This document shows, one piece after another, positions 47,496 to 57,251 of a stretch of DNA of 64,000 nt; positions within the stretch are counted from its first letter, which is position 1; each line of letters begins with the position of its first letter. This DNA is from an uncultured archaeon (lineage in GTDB: Archaea; Altiarchaeota; Altiarchaeia; JAFGQM01): the NCBI GenBank assembly GCA_964619365.1, contig CAZUDQ010000007.1, positions 22,179-86,178 of the forward strand. The letters are read 5' to 3'. The notes beneath the pieces were generated by a model. The model ran no database searches, was not told the origin of the DNA, and worked only from the letters and a program-made list of their open reading frames with translations. A program made the translations under genes and the position numbers.

Positions 47496-48923
47496 TTATG
47501 TGTTCTTTGGTTTTGAGAGTGCGAACTCTGCATGGCAATGTGGACATTTATACTTGACGAATTTTTCTTCTCCCTGAACCGACTCTGCACATTTTGAGCA
47601 AAAGGGCTTCCCGCATGATGAACAATAAACAAGTGTCGTTCCTTTCTTACCGCAATTAGGGCAACCAGAATCTGTCCTGTTTTCGGTCTCAAACATCGCC
47701 CCGTCTGTCTCTAAATCAAAGGAATTCTCATCGAGGTTCCCAAAATCTGTTGCAAGGTCGTCGAATTCGCCAACGCCTCCCATGTCGCCTTCGGGACCCG
47801 TTCCAATTCCAAGGCTTCCAAAAGAAAGGTCGTCTTCAAAAAGCTCTATATTGTCTGAAGAGTCAAAATCACCAGAACCAATTGCTTCCTGAATATCGCC
47901 TGTTGTACTTTCTGATGAACTTGATGTTAAAGATTTTAGGCCGCTTGCTATTTCCGATATTTGCCCTTTGTTTTGCTCTTCTTTTGAGATACTACCCTTA
48001 AGCTCGCCGATAAGACCACTTAGCTTTTCCTGCTTCTCGTCCTCAAGATGCTTTTCCTTTACTTTCTGTTCTAATTCACCGATAAGTGATTTGCGCTCAT
48101 TCTGTGATTTTTCGATTTCTGCCTTTAACTCATCGCGAACTCCGGGTGAATTCAAGAGCATGCGAAGCTTTTCCCTTGTAATCGTATTTTTCGTCGGAGT
48201 TTTTACTTGTTCTGCTTTCTTTTCTTCTTTTGCCGGCTTTTTGGTAGATATTCTCACAGGGGCGATGTCTGTTGTTTGTGCGGGAGGTATTATCTCAGAA
48301 AGCTCTTTTGATTCTTGGCCTGGTGGAATACCCATGAGTTTATCTTCGTTTTGGCCAAGGTCGGCTATCATAACCTTTCTTGCAACTTCAGTTATGACTT
48401 TGCTGCGGGTTTCACGCTCGCGCTTGACTGAATCGTTTATGCGCGATATGAGGCCGTCAACATCCGCGTCATGCCCTATCTCTTCACCTATTTCTTTTGT
48501 GAGTTCCTTTATCTTTTGAACTTTTGGATTGGATTTGCGCAAAGGCGAGTTTTTTGCAGATGCCATCATACTGCGGGGGATTCCAACCAAGTTGGATGGA
48601 GACGAACGCTCTGCGATGATATTGACAAGGGACGTTGCCATTATTAATGTAAAGAAAAACAGGCCTATCATGAAAAGGAGATTGCCCTCGGATTCAAAGA
48701 AAATGGGGCTTTTTCCAATTGGGGAGTATGCCGCAACAACGAGTCCAGATAGCGCAACGGCGGCAGAAAACGCATATGTCAAAAGACCAAATGCCACATA
48801 AAGTGCCCATCGCTTGGTTTTTGAGCGAAGCATTATGTCGGGGTATGCAAACTGCAAGGCAAGGGCTCCAAGAAGAGGACTTAAAATCATCACCGCCAGA
48901 TATCCAAAGGGAGCCATGTCCAT
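47496..48923 (-). CDS. Hypothetical protein: three N-terminal TMs, coiled coil, acidic linker, C-terminal Zn ribbons
   Basis: C-terminal CPNC, CSSC, CSKC and CPHC pairs. Confidence 0.6.
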   Translation of the reverse strand: MDMAPFGYLAVMILSPLLGALALQFAYPDIMLRSKTKRWALYVAFGLLTYAFSAAVALSGLVVAAYSPIGKSPIFFESEGNLLFMIGLFFFTLIMATSLVNIIAERSSPSNLVGIPRSMMASAKNSPLRKSNPKVQKIKELTKEIGEEIGHDADVDGLISRINDSVKRERETRSKVITEVARKVMIADLGQNEDKLMGIPPGQESKELSEIIPPAQTTDIAPVRISTKKPAKEEKKAEQVKTPTKNTITREKLRMLLNSPGVRDELKAEIEKSQNERKSLIGELEQKVKEKHLEDEKQEKLSGLIGELKGSISKEEQNKGQISEIASGLKSLTSSSSESTTGDIQEAIGSGDFDSSDNIELFEDDLSFGSLGIGTGPEGDMGGVGEFDDLATDFGNLDENSFDLETDGAMFETENRTDSGCPNCGKKGTTLVYCSSCGKPFCSKCAESVQGEEKFVKYKCPHCHAEFALSKPKNT

Positions 48924-48977
48924 GACTTTATATTCTAAAAGAGCAAATTAAAACTCAAGAAAGGAGCTATCTACAGG

Positions 48978-49361
48978 ATGACAAGAACACAAGTATCTGC
49001 AAAGCTGTTTCCAAGCGAGGATGGGGAGAGAGTAAAAAGGGCCATAAAAAACATTTTTTGTGATATAACTCTGACAAAAAAGGAGGATATCGTTTCAGGA
49101 GAATGTGAGGGTAGGGACTGCCTTTTGGATTTTAAGGAAATCTTAAAAAAGAACTGTATACAAGACAGTGCTTATTCCTTTTTTTATTCACACATCAGTG
49201 AGGAAACTCCGGCCGCGCTAGAATTTGAGTTAAATAAACAGGCAGCTTTTGCTGGGAAGATAAGCTTTGTTACTTTTGAGATAGTTCTTGGCTGCATAAA
49301 AGTCAGGATAGAAGACGAGGATATCGAATCGCTCGTCTCTTGGCTGACGCAAATGGACTAA
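48978..49361 (+). CDS. UPF0201/DUF54 RNA-binding protein
   Basis: FPSEDGERVKRAIKNIF, IQDSA, LNKQAAFAGKISF. Confidence 0.8.
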   Translation: MTRTQVSAKLFPSEDGERVKRAIKNIFCDITLTKKEDIVSGECEGRDCLLDFKEILKKNCIQDSAYSFFYSHISEETPAALEFELNKQAAFAGKISFVTFEIVLGCIKVRIEDEDIESLVSWLTQMD

Positions 49362-49370
49362 ATGCTTTCC

Positions 49371-50834
49371 TTATTCTATTTCGGATAAAATCCTATCTAG
49401 TGGAACCCTTTTTTGCTCCATTGTATCGCGGTCACGTATTGTAACTGTGCCGTCCTCGAGAGTGTCATAGTCGACAGTTATGCAAAAGGGTACTCCTACT
49501 TCATCGGCGCGCGCGTATCTGCGTCCTATGCTTCCTGCGTTGTCCCACTGGACAAAATAGCCCGCCTTTCTTATGATATCAAAGACTTCGCGGGCTTTTT
49601 CCGGTATTCCGTTCTTTTTGACAAGTGGGAATACGGCTGCACGATAAGGTGCAATATCCTTTGGGAAGGCAAAATATGACCTTTCTTTTTCGCCTGTATC
49701 TTCTTTATAACAGCTTTCAAGCGTACAGTAAAAGGGTCTGTCAATACCATAGGCTACCTCAACAACGTGCGGAACGAACTTGCGCCCGTCCTTAGTTACC
49801 TCCATGCTTGATTTTGAGAGATTCTGGTGTGCGGACAAGTCGTAATCTGTCCTGTCTGAGATTCCTACCATCTCAACGCGACCAAAGGAATCTGAGAGGT
49901 ACTCTATGTCCCAAGTGTCACTTGAATAAAACGCCCTTTCATCACTTTTGTGCTGGCGAAGTTGCAGTTTCTCTGAAGGTATTCCCATTGCTAAAAATAT
50001 CTGCCAGCTGCGGGCAATCTGATAAGCCAGGAAAGGAATCTTGACTATGCCTGAATCTAGCATTTCGCCAATTGTCATGGCTTCAGGCTCTTTTTCTGCA
50101 AGCTGTAAGGCTTCGTGCCATACCCGTACTTTCATGTCACGCACTTCATCTATGCGCTCGGCTTCCTTATGCTCTGGGTCAAGGAAAAACTGAACCTCTG
50201 CCTGCGTGAATTCCCTTAATCGTAGCATTCCTTGTCTGGGGGATATCTCGTTTCTAAAGGAGTGTCCTATCTGAAGGACGCCAAGCGGAAGGCGCTCACG
50301 TCCAGCGTTGTAAAGCCGCCTGAAAAGAAGGTATGTGGTCTGTGCAGTTTCAGGCCTGAGGTATGCCTGAATCTTATTTTTTCCAGGACCGATATATGTG
50401 CCAAACATCAGGTTGTAATCATACGGCACGCCAAGAGTACCTTTGCATTTCGGGCACACTATCCTGTTTTCGATTATGTGATTTTCAAGTTCGGGAATCT
50501 TCATCCCGTCTGTCTGAATTTTAAGGTGCTCTTCTACAAGGTGGTCGGCGCGGTAGGGTTCTCCACATTTTGTACACTCGACAAGAACGTCTGAGAAGGA
50601 TTCAACGTGTCCTGAAGCGACCCAAGGCTCGCCAATGTTTACTGTTGGTGATGACACCTCAAGGCATCCGTCTTCAACCACATACTGTCTGCGAACGAGT
50701 TCTTCAATGTTTCGTTTCAGAAGAGACCCCATGGGTCCGTAATCGTAAAAACCCTTTGCCCCGCCGTATATCTCGAAACTGGGCCAAACAAATCCTCTCC
50801 TAAGCGATACATCCATAACTTTATCATTTGCCAT
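49371..50834 (-). CDS. glyS: Glycine--tRNA ligase (archaeal/eukaryotic alpha2 type)
   Basis: IYGGAKGFYDYGPMG, YLRPETAQ, FRNEISPRQGMLRLREFTQAE, GSIGRRYARADEVG. Confidence 0.96.
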   Translation of the reverse strand: MANDKVMDVSLRRGFVWPSFEIYGGAKGFYDYGPMGSLLKRNIEELVRRQYVVEDGCLEVSSPTVNIGEPWVASGHVESFSDVLVECTKCGEPYRADHLVEEHLKIQTDGMKIPELENHIIENRIVCPKCKGTLGVPYDYNLMFGTYIGPGKNKIQAYLRPETAQTTYLLFRRLYNAGRERLPLGVLQIGHSFRNEISPRQGMLRLREFTQAEVQFFLDPEHKEAERIDEVRDMKVRVWHEALQLAEKEPEAMTIGEMLDSGIVKIPFLAYQIARSWQIFLAMGIPSEKLQLRQHKSDERAFYSSDTWDIEYLSDSFGRVEMVGISDRTDYDLSAHQNLSKSSMEVTKDGRKFVPHVVEVAYGIDRPFYCTLESCYKEDTGEKERSYFAFPKDIAPYRAAVFPLVKKNGIPEKAREVFDIIRKAGYFVQWDNAGSIGRRYARADEVGVPFCITVDYDTLEDGTVTIRDRDTMEQKRVPLDRILSEIE

Positions 50835-50928
50835 TTTATTTATTTCGCCGACACAACGGAATTTGTGCGGCTCTAAAACTAGTGTCTAATTTTACTCACT
50901 TTCGTTAAAAACAAAGGAGAAATGGGGC

Positions 50929-51504
50929 TTAAGACTGCCAGACACATATCTCAAATATACCGTAACACATGTCACCAGCTTCGCCCCCGCCACCCGTTGT
51001 ACAATCCCCTTGTGGATAGGTTAAAGCCGCGCTCGCACATGAGCGCCCTCCTGCCTGCTGGTCAAAGGTTGCTGAACTTGTCACCTGCGGGTTTGAGGAG
51101 ATTATCGTCTCATCCATAAGTGTTGTGCCGCCGTCTAGGAATCCAAACATGAAATGCCAACCAAGATTTTGATAATACATATTCAGGAGATCTTGTATCT
51201 TGTTTCCAATAACGCTATTTTTAAGGTCAGAGTTGCCTTTTGAAAGCTCTTCGGAGACTCCCACCATAAGCGACTTGCGATATGTATCTACCGAGTCCTG
51301 GTCCTGGTCTGTTATGTGATACGTGGAGAGAAGTGAGTTCTGAGCAAGCTTTTGAGCGTAGTTGTCACGGTATATTTCAAGTGGGAGCGAGCCATAGTCG
51401 CCTGCGATGCTAAGAAGAGCAACGCCACAGGTTGCTGCGATAAGAAGCAGTATAAGACCGTCGATAATCTCCGTTTGTCCTTTCTTTCCAAAAGTCTTAA
51501 GCAT
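50929..51504 (-). CDS. Class III signal peptide (pilin-like) protein
   Basis: GKKGQ followed by TEIIDGLILLLI hydrophobic helix. Confidence 0.75.
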   Translation of the reverse strand: MLKTFGKKGQTEIIDGLILLLIAATCGVALLSIAGDYGSLPLEIYRDNYAQKLAQNSLLSTYHITDQDQDSVDTYRKSLMVGVSEELSKGNSDLKNSVIGNKIQDLLNMYYQNLGWHFMFGFLDGGTTLMDETIISSNPQVTSSATFDQQAGGRSCASAALTYPQGDCTTGGGGEAGDMCYGIFEICVWQS

Positions 51505-51512
51505 CTTTGTCT

Positions 51513-52013
51513 TTACTTATACACATATACTTTTATGAGTGCGGGGAATATGTCCATGTCTGTTGCCCCGTCAGGCTTCATTGCAATCGGGAATCTTTTT
51601 GAAAGTGCTACTGCCGATTCTGGTGGTTTTTCTCCATCCGAATGGCATTCTGGAGAATCTGGATTCATGCATTGGGGTGGATTTACGCCTTCAAAGGGCA
51701 TGCCTTGTATCTCAACGTATGTATTGACCCCATAGCTTTCTTCTATCTTTCGGATACTTAGCTCCCAGAAATCGGATGTGGACTGGAGTTCTGAAGGAGT
51801 TATCTTCGCATTATTCTTCAAAAAGACGCCAGCTGCTTCGACAAGAGCCGCTTCCATATCGATACTTGCCTTCTTTGAGTCGAACTGCTCCATTGCAAGA
51901 TATATGCATGATATGAAAAACGCGATACTAAGAACTATCATTATGATTGAGGGGATATCCCCTGAAAGGGCGCTTTCTTGTCCCTTTTTGCCTATGGGTG
52001 TCATATGCCTCAT
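51513..52013 (-). CDS. Class III signal peptide (pilin-like) protein
   Basis: GKKGQ followed by ESALSGDIPSIIMIVL. Confidence 0.72.
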   Translation of the reverse strand: MRHMTPIGKKGQESALSGDIPSIIMIVLSIAFFISCIYLAMEQFDSKKASIDMEAALVEAAGVFLKNNAKITPSELQSTSDFWELSIRKIEESYGVNTYVEIQGMPFEGVNPPQCMNPDSPECHSDGEKPPESAVALSKRFPIAMKPDGATDMDIFPALIKVYVYK

Positions 52014-52555
52014 GTTTCTCTATATTCCTCCTGGAAGCTCATGAAGTTTCCGCACGACTCTGATGCGTCTAACTTAACGTCTACAATATAATAAACGGCG
52101 TGCACCGTATTGCGGTATTCGTACTTGCTTTCTTTTTCTATATCAAAAGTGACGCCATCCCATACCTGCTGAGGATTGCATACTATGTCTGTCCCTCCGG
52201 TTTTATCCATCATTATGCCAAATCGTGACAAACCCATTGTGCCCTCATATGGATATTGTGCAAGTGTCAGAAGAACGACTCCCTTGTCGTTTATCGTAAG
52301 ATTATAAGGAACTTCATCCCGACCTATTTCAAGAACTCGCTTCAGGTGCACTTTGCCTGAATTACTGACTCCTTTAAACCCCACTATCTCATCAATCTCT
52401 TTTGCTATGCGTGTTGCCTCAGAATCCACAATCTTCTTTGCACTTCCTGCCTCAATTGAATCCTGCAAGGACATAAAGATTCCAACAAGTGCGACAATAA
52501 ATATGAACATAACAGTCTTTGTCATGATGTACTCATACATACCTTTTTGTTTCAT
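52010..52555 (-). CDS. Class III signal peptide (pilin-like) protein
   Basis: MKQKG followed by MYEYIMTKTVMFIFIV. Confidence 0.72.
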   Translation of the reverse strand: MKQKGMYEYIMTKTVMFIFIVALVGIFMSLQDSIEAGSAKKIVDSEATRIAKEIDEIVGFKGVSNSGKVHLKRVLEIGRDEVPYNLTINDKGVVLLTLAQYPYEGTMGLSRFGIMMDKTGGTDIVCNPQQVWDGVTFDIEKESKYEYRNTVHAVYYIVDVKLDASESCGNFMSFQEEYRET

Positions 52556-52564
52556 GATTACAAC

Positions 52565-53113
52565 TTAGATATTGTCTATTGTTATGACATCAACGCCCGT
52601 TTTCTTTATTGAGATTCCTCTTGAAGAACCAATATAAAGGGAACCTTGCATCAGCACATTTTCTGTGTCCTCGCTTGTTATTTCTCCAAGTATCTCGGAC
52701 TCTAGTTTCATGTCAGAGCTTATGTCTATACACTCAAAATCGGCATAGCCCTTGCTACCGCATGACCTGTCGGCAAAAATCACCCAACAATCGTTAGGAT
52801 GATTTGGACAAAACGCTTTACACCGCCCCATTCCGGATGGATTTGTCAGCTTTTGTAAATGAATGGATTTTGCGCAACCTCCAAGAGTATCTACTTCAAC
52901 ATTCATCGCCTCGCGGCTGTTTATGTCGCCTTGACCAACACTTGCGATTCTCTCGCGAAGTTCTACTAGTTCTGCGTCAAGCTGTTCATTACACTTCCAG
53001 CAGGTAACCTGATCATATAGGTAGAAACCAAGACTCATTGCAATACCAAGAACTACGACACTTATCATTAGCTGAAACGGGCCGCCAAGCATTCCTTTTT
53101 GCTTCTGGCTCAT
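52565..53113 (-). CDS. Class III signal peptide (pilin-like) protein, Cys-rich
   Basis: KQKG followed by MLGGPFQLMISVVV; multiple Cys in globular part. Confidence 0.72.
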   Translation of the reverse strand: MSQKQKGMLGGPFQLMISVVVLGIAMSLGFYLYDQVTCWKCNEQLDAELVELRERIASVGQGDINSREAMNVEVDTLGGCAKSIHLQKLTNPSGMGRCKAFCPNHPNDCWVIFADRSCGSKGYADFECIDISSDMKLESEILGEITSEDTENVLMQGSLYIGSSRGISIKKTGVDVITIDNI

Positions 53114-53331
53114 TTTATCACTGAAAGATATTGCAAATCAGAAAGCGTGGTTTGTATTGCCAGTCCCGGCATTGCAAGATTGTCGAGAAGGACTTCCTCG
53201 ACAGTCTTTTGTGTGACTTTTGCAGACTCTTGGAAATAACTTTTGGCAACGGCAAGGGCGATTATAGCAATTATTGCCACAACAAGAAGTTTTATCAGGC
53301 CTTCGCCCTGTCCTTTTTTGCCAATAGTCAT
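53110..53331 (-). CDS. Short class III signal peptide pilin
   Basis: GKKGQ followed by GEGLIKLLVVAIIAII. Confidence 0.75.
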   Translation of the reverse strand: MTIGKKGQGEGLIKLLVVAIIAIIALAVAKSYFQESAKVTQKTVEEVLLDNLAMPGLAIQTTLSDLQYLSVIK

Positions 53332-53380
53332 ATTATAATAATATGGGACACTTATTAAAAGTGCCCCTTAATCAAGCTGC

Positions 53381-53821
53381 TTAAGGGTTCTTAACGTAGC
53401 ATACACAATTGGTGTTTCCGCTACTGCTTGACTCACATTCTATAAGCGCTACAAACTGTGTCTTCTGTAATGCTTTTATGCTGTCTGTACTTATCTCAAT
53501 GTCCGTATCACATACAACAGCGTCCCCTTCACAGTCAAAGGTAATGTCTTTTACGCCAGTTACTTTTGAAGCAAGAGCTCTTCCTGTGATAACTGCGCCC
53601 TTATCAAGGCAAATCGGGGTGCTTGGGAGCTTTAATCCTTCACCATCTTTTGCTTTTTGTATGGCATTAGTAAAACTTGTTATTGGGTTTCCTACACACT
53701 GGAGGTCTGTCACGTTAATTGATGTCAATACCGATGCAACAATAGCAAGAATCGCCATTGCGACAACAGCTGCGATAAGCAACTTGAAGGTATCGCTTTG
53801 TCCTTTTGTTTTAAAATCCAT
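53381..53821 (-). CDS. Class III signal peptide pilin (candidate major pilin)
   Basis: KTKGQ followed by SDTFKLLIAAVVAMAIL; TATA-like TTTATA around 53872-53878 upstream. Confidence 0.75.
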   Translation of the reverse strand: MDFKTKGQSDTFKLLIAAVVAMAILAIVASVLTSINVTDLQCVGNPITSFTNAIQKAKDGEGLKLPSTPICLDKGAVITGRALASKVTGVKDITFDCEGDAVVCDTDIEISTDSIKALQKTQFVALIECESSSSGNTNCVCYVKNP

Positions 53822-53886
53822 TTTTGGGTTTTTGGGTATTTAATTAATTGTTAGTATTATACGCATATAGTTTATAAATTCTTGTG

Positions 53887-56253
53887 TTAGCCGCCTGCCA
53901 TGCCGCCCATTAGCATTTGACCGGCGTATAAGGCTCCAGTAAATACCAGGACTGCTATCGGAAGAGACTTTCCGACTGTAAGGAGCATCGCATTTTTATC
54001 ATCTCCATATTTGACGCGCGCTGTAAAATAAGACAGGATAATTGCAAGTATAATTATGTAACCGGCGATTATAAGCTGGAACTCCAGGTCTGAAGCCATA
54101 AGCTGTTCGATTGGAAGAGATTCACTACCAAAAAGTCCTGTTGAGCTTGCGGCGCTGCTTGTAGTTGACGCGGTTGTCGTACCCGGAACTATCTGAACTA
54201 TTACTTTTTGCAAGGAAGCGACCATGCCAAGGATTATTGGCCCTATGAATGTCGCCATGGAACTCATCATGCCCGTAACTTCATCAAGAAGCTTTCTCAT
54301 AAGCTGCTTTATTCTCTGGGTGTTTCGTATCTGTTCTGAAACCGACATGAGGGAATATGATGCGACTTCAGGGCCCAAATCTATTGAGTCCACCATTATC
54401 CTAAAGGACGAATCCATGAGTCTTGAAGGCACATTTTTCATTGCGCCGTATACTGGGTCGAATATTGCTGAGCGTAACGTGAGGCCAAGTAGCATGATAT
54501 TTCGTTGTATATCAGAAAAAACACCTGTTGCAAGAGGGCTTAGGGGCATAAACTTCTGCACGTAGCCTAGACAGTCTTCAAGCGGCTTTTTGTCTCCGAG
54601 GCGACTTGCCAAAAGATACATGGCATCTTTAAAGTCATCCTCCATCCTTACTACCTTGTCCTGCTCCTTTTTCTTGCCTATGGATTTTGCATATAGTAAG
54701 AAACCTAGCGGAATTGCAAAGGCAAGTGGTAGGTAATATTGTGCGAGTGTTGCCGCTGGGTAAACCTCTTTGTCAGGGTTCATTTGCAAGTAATATTTTA
54801 CTTCAAGATCTGTTGGCTTAATGAGGCCTTCTGCAAAATATCCTGCAAGAATAATAAGTATTACAAGGACTATTGCTAGGGGTATTATTGGTAGTGATAT
54901 TCCGCCGACTTTAAAGACTCCTTTTTTGGGCAGGCCTGGATAATCATCAGGTATTTGTGGTGGCGTGTAACCTCCAGGTCGTTTAGAAAGAATATTTCTT
55001 GCAAAAAGGAAGGTTAAAATTGGGAAGGCAAAAATGTATAAGGCAATTAGTATTGGGGCTGTTGCTATTGGCATACTGGCAAAGGCCGCGGCAACCGGAA
55101 GCATGATAAGAATCATAAGCGGCATCAAAATCGCTATATAGAAAAGATATGTTGATGGCTGCTTCATGGAACGCGCATAAGATTCCATTTTCTCTTTTGT
55201 CGACTCGAGTATGTCTTCTATTACCTTGTCATAAAGAACGCTCCTTTCGGCATCATTTGGAATGAGAACTGATGCGCGTATCATTGTTATTGCGTGTTTG
55301 AATTCCTCGCTATAAGGCTCCCATTTATATGCCATCTCATCCAGACCCTCTTCGATGCCGTCATAAAGTCCTACGCTGTTTTTCCAGATAAGTATGCGGA
55401 ATTCTTCTGCTATCCTTCCTTCGCCGTGATCTGCAGCAAAGCTAACTGCAGTCTCAAGATTTGGTTTTAACCTCATCTTCATGATGAGGTAATTCATTAT
55501 CTCAGGGACGTATGTGAGCGCGCGGAGTTTCTCGCTTTCTGCTGCAGATGTTGGATAACTTTGTGTGTAATACATCATCCCCCCAAGACAGCCTATCGGC
55601 AAAAGTCCAAGAATCAAAAGAAGCATAAGAGGCATTCCCCCGCTACCTTGGAGTCTTTCGTCAAGCACGCTTAATGCCAGCCCTAGATTTTCACCGCAAT
55701 CCTGGGGACAGCTATCCTCGGTTTCCCCATTTGCCATGCCCATCGAGCAGTATCCGTCACCACATACTATAGTGACTGTGGGATTATCAAGAAGAGTGAA
55801 TCCGACAAATGCCACGCCTGAGATTACAAGTCCTACGACAAGCCCTAATACTGCCGCAATCATTGGCATAGTCATGACAACATTTTTGTCAAGATGCCAG
55901 CCCAAGAAATCAAATGCCTCCCTATACTCTTTTGGAAGCTCTTTATTTTTTTTCTTCTTTGGTTTTTTCTTCTTATCTTTTGAATCTTCAAGACCCAAAT
56001 CAAACTCTACTTCATCGGGAAGCTCGTATTCCTTTGCCTTTTTCTTTACAAAGTGCTTTTCTGTGAATGCATAAAGCCACATATAGAAATTCTCATGGCC
56101 GAGAAATCCTTTTTTCTTTTTCTTCTTTATTGCGGCAAGCGCCTTTTCTTCTGCGGCTTCAGGAGTTGTCAGTTCGCCATAAATGCTTTCGCGGAGGCTA
56201 TATCTATTATTGATATCTGCTCCTTTTTTCCTTTCCCCCTCCGTTGGGCTCAT
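53887..56253 (-). CDS. Type IV pilus membrane platform protein, TadB/TadC-like with two T2SS-F-like domains
   Basis: PEIMNYLIMKMRLKPNLETAV and FKDAMYLLASRLGDKKPLE repeats; many TMs; adjacent to pilin cluster. Confidence 0.75.
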   Translation of the reverse strand: MSPTEGERKKGADINNRYSLRESIYGELTTPEAAEEKALAAIKKKKKKGFLGHENFYMWLYAFTEKHFVKKKAKEYELPDEVEFDLGLEDSKDKKKKPKKKKNKELPKEYREAFDFLGWHLDKNVVMTMPMIAAVLGLVVGLVISGVAFVGFTLLDNPTVTIVCGDGYCSMGMANGETEDSCPQDCGENLGLALSVLDERLQGSGGMPLMLLLILGLLPIGCLGGMMYYTQSYPTSAAESEKLRALTYVPEIMNYLIMKMRLKPNLETAVSFAADHGEGRIAEEFRILIWKNSVGLYDGIEEGLDEMAYKWEPYSEEFKHAITMIRASVLIPNDAERSVLYDKVIEDILESTKEKMESYARSMKQPSTYLFYIAILMPLMILIMLPVAAAFASMPIATAPILIALYIFAFPILTFLFARNILSKRPGGYTPPQIPDDYPGLPKKGVFKVGGISLPIIPLAIVLVILIILAGYFAEGLIKPTDLEVKYYLQMNPDKEVYPAATLAQYYLPLAFAIPLGFLLYAKSIGKKKEQDKVVRMEDDFKDAMYLLASRLGDKKPLEDCLGYVQKFMPLSPLATGVFSDIQRNIMLLGLTLRSAIFDPVYGAMKNVPSRLMDSSFRIMVDSIDLGPEVASYSLMSVSEQIRNTQRIKQLMRKLLDEVTGMMSSMATFIGPIILGMVASLQKVIVQIVPGTTTASTTSSAASSTGLFGSESLPIEQLMASDLEFQLIIAGYIIILAIILSYFTARVKYGDDKNAMLLTVGKSLPIAVLVFTGALYAGQMLMGGMAGG

Positions 56254-56328
56254 TCCGTTTTTATGGGGCGATTTTTTCCAGTCAGACTTTTCTTGCCTGC
56301 TGGCGCTTGGGTTAAAGGGGAAAGATGA

Positions 56329-56724
56329 TTACTTTTTCTTCTTGAGCTCGAGATCTGCCATCTGCGAGTAAAAGCCATACATCATCTGCTCGACATAGCG
56401 CCTGCGCATATTATAATAAATGGCAAGGATTATTGCTGCGACAATGAGGATGAATATTGGGAACTGGACTGCCCAGAAACTTGATACTTCTGTTCCAAGG
56501 ACTGTTGGAACGTCAGCTGGCATTGCAACCGAGAAGAAATTCACAAGCAAGAGTAAGAATGCTGATGCCAAAAGCAGGAATATAAAGAGAAACTCGTTAC
56601 CCCACGAATTAAGGTACTCAAGAAGCATTAAGGGCTGCGCTTTTTCTGCGCGCACCATAAATTCCTTGTTTTCAAACGCCGCCTGCATAGCTGGCAGTTC
56701 CTTGGAGTCTTTTTTAGCTTCCAT
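56329..56724 (-). CDS. Small two-TM hypothetical protein
   Basis: 131-aa ORF with two hydrophobic helices, upstream of the platform gene. Confidence 0.55.
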   Translation of the reverse strand: MEAKKDSKELPAMQAAFENKEFMVRAEKAQPLMLLEYLNSWGNEFLFIFLLLASAFLLLLVNFFSVAMPADVPTVLGTEVSSFWAVQFPIFILIVAAIILAIYYNMRRRYVEQMMYGFYSQMADLELKKKK

Positions 56725-56840
56725 TTTATTCTTCTTTAAGATTATTGGGTGATTAATAAAAAGGCTGGAAACTATAGTTGTTTTTGAGAGAAAACTAAGG
56801 GGTTAGAAGAAATCGATAAAAATCATTAAAAGAAAAACAT

Positions 56841-56869
56841 AAAAAAGTCCCCTCCGTTACCGAAGGGGC
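56841..56869 (-). terminator. Hairpin plus U-tract terminator after rpl12
   Basis: Minus strand GCCCCTTCG-GTAA-CGGAGGGGAC followed by TTTTTT (GNRA loop). Confidence 0.65.
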
Positions 56870-56916
56870 GTTTTTGCCTTTTGTAAATTGCTTACAAAAA
56901 AGCTTTTTTCGTGCCT

Positions 56917-57231
56917 TTATCCAAAGAGCGCGCCAAGTCCTGCTGCGGCATCCTCTTCAGCCTTTGCATTGTCCTCTGCAGAAGTGTCCTCTGCCGCGGG
57001 AGCGGCTTTGTCACCTGCAGCAGGGGCTGCGGCTGTTGGGGCTGCGACTGCAACTGCAGCGGCCTTTTCAACTGCTTCATCGATGTTTACACCATCAAGG
57101 GATGCGACAAGAGCCTTTATCTTAGCCTCGTCAACCGATGTGCCTGAGGCTGTAATGACCTTTTTGAGGGTCGCCTCATCAATTGCCTGACCTGCTGAGT
57201 GGAGCAGCAATGCACCATATACGTATTCCAT
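56917..57231 (-). CDS. rpl12: 50S ribosomal protein P1 (archaeal L12)
   Basis: [11 protein letters not shown]...[10 protein letters not shown]. Confidence 0.97.
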   Translation of the reverse strand: MEYVYGALLLHSAGQAIDEATLKKVITASGTSVDEAKIKALVASLDGVNIDEAVEKAAAVAVAAPTAAAPAAGDKAAPAAEDTSAEDNAKAEEDAAAGLGALFG

Positions 57232-57251
57232 TTTATTTTATTTTGCTTATT

